A stretch of DNA of 64,000 nt, taken from positions 32,001 through 96,000 of the IMG/VR virus record IMGVR_UViG_3300014208_000023; one strand, given 5' to 3'. Numbering within the stretch: the first letter of the stretch is position 1; every line of letters starts with the position of its first letter. This document shows positions 60,551 through 64,000 of this stretch, in pieces. A model generated the notes under the pieces. It had not been told where the DNA came from, ran no database searches, and saw nothing but the letters and a program-made list of their open reading frames with translations. The translations under genes were made by a program, and so were the position numbers. The stretch is from a virus. Taxonomy: Duplodnaviria > Caudoviricetes.

Positions 60551-61699
60551 ATGAGACTAAAAGACATTAGTAACCAAAAGTTTGGAAAATTGACAGCAAT
60601 TGAACGCGTTGTGAAAAATAACACAACATATTGGAAATGTTTATGTGATTGTGGAGCTTGGACTACGGTTAGGATGTCTGATTTAACTAGAACCAAAAGA
60701 GCCGGAACAAAATCTTGTGGATGTTTTTCTTCACCAGATTTAGTTGGAAAAAAATTTGGCAGATTAACTGTATTAAATCAAACAGAAAAACCCAACAAAA
60801 AACTAACTGGAAGTAGTTTTTGGTGGTCTTGCAAATGTGATTGTGGAAAAATTATTGCTACAAATACTAACTCTTTAAATCGAGGACATACGCTATCTTG
60901 TGGGTGTTATAATCGAGAAAAAGTATCTCAAGCAAACTCACATACAAATCGTGATAATAGCATAAAAGCTTCGGCGGCTGATTGTTATCAGTCATATAAA
61001 ACAAACAACAAAAATGACAGCATATCATTTGCAAATTTTATAAAAATAAGCCAACGGCCTTGTTTTTATTGTGGAGTTACTGGATACAATAGATTCAATA
61101 AATTTCTAAATAGAGAAAAATACGGTTTTTGGGCCAGTAAGTTTTCCAAAGAAAACGGATATTTTATCTATAATGGATTAGATAGGGTAGATAATAGTAA
61201 GGACCATACAATCGATAATATTGTTTCTTGTTGCAAAATATGTAATATATTTAAATTGGACAGAAAACTGGAAGAAGTAAATTTACATTTCGACAAATTA
61301 ATACTGCGACCAAAATTCGCTACCGTCAGCATTTCAACTGAAATTCCAAATAGCGAAATGGGTGCGAAAATAAAAAATAAAATTAATAATTACAAACAAA
61401 AATCCAAAGAAAGAAAAATACAGCTATCACTGACTGATAGTCAAATTATCGTTCTAATTAAAAGTAATTGCAACTATTGTGATCGGCCGGCCGATCTCGA
61501 TCAAGGAAAATTCAATGGAATTGATAGGGTAAATAATGAAATACATTATACTCTAGATAATTGCGTTTCTTGTTGTAAATATTGTAACGCTGCTAAAAAC
61601 AATCTACCTATTAATGAATTCATTAGTTGGATTGAAAAAATTCATAACTTTAAACAAACAAGATTAAAAAATATAGAAGATTTTTTGAAAGCAAAATAA
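60551..61699 (+). CDS. Homing endonuclease with two HNH domains
   Basis: Two KFG.LT / C.CDCG repeats and two C.YC..NG.DRV.N..NCVSCC..CN..K domains; abuts thyA. Confidence 0.9.
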   Translation: MRLKDISNQKFGKLTAIERVVKNNTTYWKCLCDCGAWTTVRMSDLTRTKRAGTKSCGCFSSPDLVGKKFGRLTVLNQTEKPNKKLTGSSFWWSCKCDCGKIIATNTNSLNRGHTLSCGCYNREKVSQANSHTNRDNSIKASAADCYQSYKTNNKNDSISFANFIKISQRPCFYCGVTGYNRFNKFLNREKYGFWASKFSKENGYFIYNGLDRVDNSKDHTIDNIVSCCKICNIFKLDRKLEEVNLHFDKLILRPKFATVSISTEIPNSEMGAKIKNKINNYKQKSKERKIQLSLTDSQIIVLIKSNCNYCDRPADLDQGKFNGIDRVNNEIHYTLDNCVSCCKYCNAAKNNLPINEFISWIEKIHNFKQTRLKNIEDFLKAK

Positions 61700-62569
61700 A
61701 TGTATATTCTTCAAGATTACGATAAAACATTAGAAAAAATAATTACTGAAGGAGTTAGACTGCCTAACCGCACGGGAACAGACTGCCTGGCTATTCACGG
61801 TATGACTTGCCGCTATCGTATCGACGAGCGTTTTCCTATTCCAACAAAAAGAAAAGCGTTTTACAAATCTATCTTTGCAGAACTTCTTTGGATGCTTTCA
61901 GGCTCTACCAATGCGAATGAGCTAAATGCGCTTGGATCCAAGATTTGGGATTTCTGGAAAGATCCAGAATTTGAGAAGAAAAATGGATATCGTGATGGCG
62001 ATCTTGGCCCTATATATGGTCACTCTTTTCGACATTATGGGGCCCCCTATTGGTTGAAGGCTAACTATGGCGACCCAGGAATTGATATGGGATTTGATCA
62101 AATTAGTTATTTGATTAATGAGTTGAAAATAAATAAGTTTTCTAGAAGAGCACTTATTAATTTATGGGACCCTCGCGTAATGACGACTAATGAAGTAAAG
62201 TTACCGACTTGTCATTATGCCTTCCAAATACTGGTCGATAATGAAAATAGAATGACAGGCATATTGACGCAAAGAAGTGGTGACTGGCTTCCTGGCGTTA
62301 GTGCTAATATATTTTTCTATTCAGCTTTTATGTATATGATTGGTCAGCAAACAGGATATATTCCGTATGAATTGGTTCATAATGTTGGATCGGCTCATGT
62401 TTATGTTAATCAAATTGATGCTGCAAAGGAGTATCTCGCCCGCCCGGAAATTGATTCGCCAAAACTAAATTTGAAAATGGCTAATAATATTTTTGAATAT
62501 GGGCTTGATAATTTCGTGGTGGAAAACTATAATCATGGGGATCCAATCAAGGTCCCCATAGCAATTTAG
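61700..62569 (+). CDS. thyA: Thymidylate synthase
   Basis: RTGT, ELLWMLSG, DLGPIYG, SRRALI, LPTCH, QRSGD, HVYVNQ. Confidence 0.96.
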   Translation: MYILQDYDKTLEKIITEGVRLPNRTGTDCLAIHGMTCRYRIDERFPIPTKRKAFYKSIFAELLWMLSGSTNANELNALGSKIWDFWKDPEFEKKNGYRDGDLGPIYGHSFRHYGAPYWLKANYGDPGIDMGFDQISYLINELKINKFSRRALINLWDPRVMTTNEVKLPTCHYAFQILVDNENRMTGILTQRSGDWLPGVSANIFFYSAFMYMIGQQTGYIPYELVHNVGSAHVYVNQIDAAKEYLARPEIDSPKLNLKMANNIFEYGLDNFVVENYNHGDPIKVPIAI

Positions 62570-62579
62570 GAGATATAAT

Positions 62580-63815
62580 ATGAATGAAAATATTTGGTTA
62601 CAAAATGTAAATTGTAAAATTTGTGGAAAAGAATATAAAATACCTACTTCCAAAATAAAACCACACTGGATAACTACACTTCAAGGCTATGAGAAAAGAC
62701 AACAAAAGGCATTAAAAAATTTTTATATTGAATGCGAAACAGAAGGGTGCGAGGCGCATAATGAAATTATGTTAGAAGATGTGCCTAAAGAATTATGGGA
62801 TGCTATAAAAAATAAACAAGGCAAAGGATGATTATGTATGTAATAATGGAAAAGAAAAATAACGGTAAATGCTTATCATTCACAAAAGAAGATTTAAAAC
62901 AAGAAAACGCAATATGGGTTATGGGTGATATGTTACAAAATATAGATATTATTCGCAATGAATCTCCACAAATATTACAGCCTTTTATTGAAAAATTTGG
63001 CGGAGTATTACATAAAGTTCCTGATATAATGGTAAAAATGTAATGATTTACAGTGATCCTTTTGAACTGCCAGAGGCATCATATCGTTTCGCGTCCCATA
63101 AAGAATGTTTTGATATACATGGCCAAGCAGCTGTTCATGTAGAAAGATTAGTCGATAATGTTTGGGTTGGCATTGGTTATAGCGAATCAATAAGGGTTTA
63201 TAATACTCATTTGGATATAGTCAAGAAAAACTCTTGACAGCGTGCCTCCGAGTGTTATATTGCACTCGAAGGTCCAAATGAGTAAGTCTGAACTTCTAAA
63301 ATCGATAGCGGATAACGTTCGCAGAAAACATCCTTGGAAAATTTCTCAGGAAAAATACGTTAAATCCTTTGGAGAATTGCCAAAGGAATATCTGCAAGAA
63401 CGTCAAGCATATGATAGTCTTTTAGAAAAATCTAAAGGATACGTATTGCTTAATCTTGTTCTATCCGAAGTTAAGCTAGAGATAAGGCTAAACCTTGACC
63501 AACTTATAGCGTGGGAAATAGCGCGTAATGAAGAAGCTGGGCCACATAACATTTTACCAAACGATATAAAGAAATTATTAAATGATTGAAAAACCAATAG
63601 TTAAAATATCTAGTAAAAATTTCAAGTGCCATTACTATGTTGATGGCAGTGGAGAATTTGAAATAAAACACAAATCCAAATACTTCTATTATAGAGAGGA
63701 TGCTTTGCTTAAACATCATATAGAAGATTTGAAAGAAGAAATTGCTTTAAGAAAAGAGCAACTTTCACTAATGAAGAGTGGTCTTTCTACACTAAAGAAA
63801 ATCAAATTAAAATGA
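62580..63815 (+). other. Small hypothetical CDS (62580-62831, 62828-63043, 63043-63237, 63278-63589, 63582-63815); a further ORF runs off the window end
   Basis: Contiguous plus-strand ORFs. Confidence 0.7.
63234..63261 (+). promoter_or_regulatory. Sigma70-type promoter with extended -10
   Basis: TTGACA-16 nt-TATATT preceded by TGn; -10 centred in palindrome CGAGTG..CACTCG. Confidence 0.7.
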
Positions 63816-64000
63816 ATAATAATATCAAAATTTATCATCAAGACGCAGATGATTTATCCAAAAACAATATTAAAGTAATTAATAATATTCGCTCAAATAC
63901 GGATATTGATTTAGCCAACCAATTGCTAGCTCAATCATATTTATTTCTTAATGCTTATAGGCGCAACTGCCTGAACTTTGATGAAGGAGTTTCATTCTCG

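Noticed and set aside
1-64000. Genome-wide TGA reassignment
   Set aside because: Many genes end in TGA with ATGA overlaps and Trp is encoded by TGG; only one locus shows internal TGAs

Overview
A 64-kb segment of a large (jumbo-type) tailed dsDNA phage genome. There are no rRNA genes, no host housekeeping operons and no integrase. It has two blocks that diverge at a repeat-rich non-coding junction (~33.9-35.4 kb). The left block (1-33.8 kb) is almost entirely minus-strand, by eye more GC-rich from ~8.6 kb onward, and packed with small hypothetical early/host-takeover-type genes. It has sigma70 promoters, a Ycf46-like AAA ATPase module, DUF2786, GNAT, GIY-YIG/HNH nucleases and an unusual density of structured non-coding elements. 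These include two atypical tRNA-like genes, a type II hammerhead-like ribozyme, nine long-stem intergenic elements, an attC-like stem array and an ~800-nt promoter-driven structured RNA. The right block (35.4-64 kb) is AT-rich and mostly plus-strand, with DNA/nucleotide metabolism genes (ligA, dUTPase, DEDDh exonuclease, thyA, IMPDH/GMPR), IF-1, peptidases and HNH endonucleases. It also has two capsid-protein-like paralogs and a set of counter-oriented genes whose unrelated products share an N-terminal L-x-K-L-A-x-x-F motif. The host cannot be determined; a myxobacterial-style lipoprotein is only a weak hint. All family assignments come from motif recognition by eye; no searches or folding programs were run.
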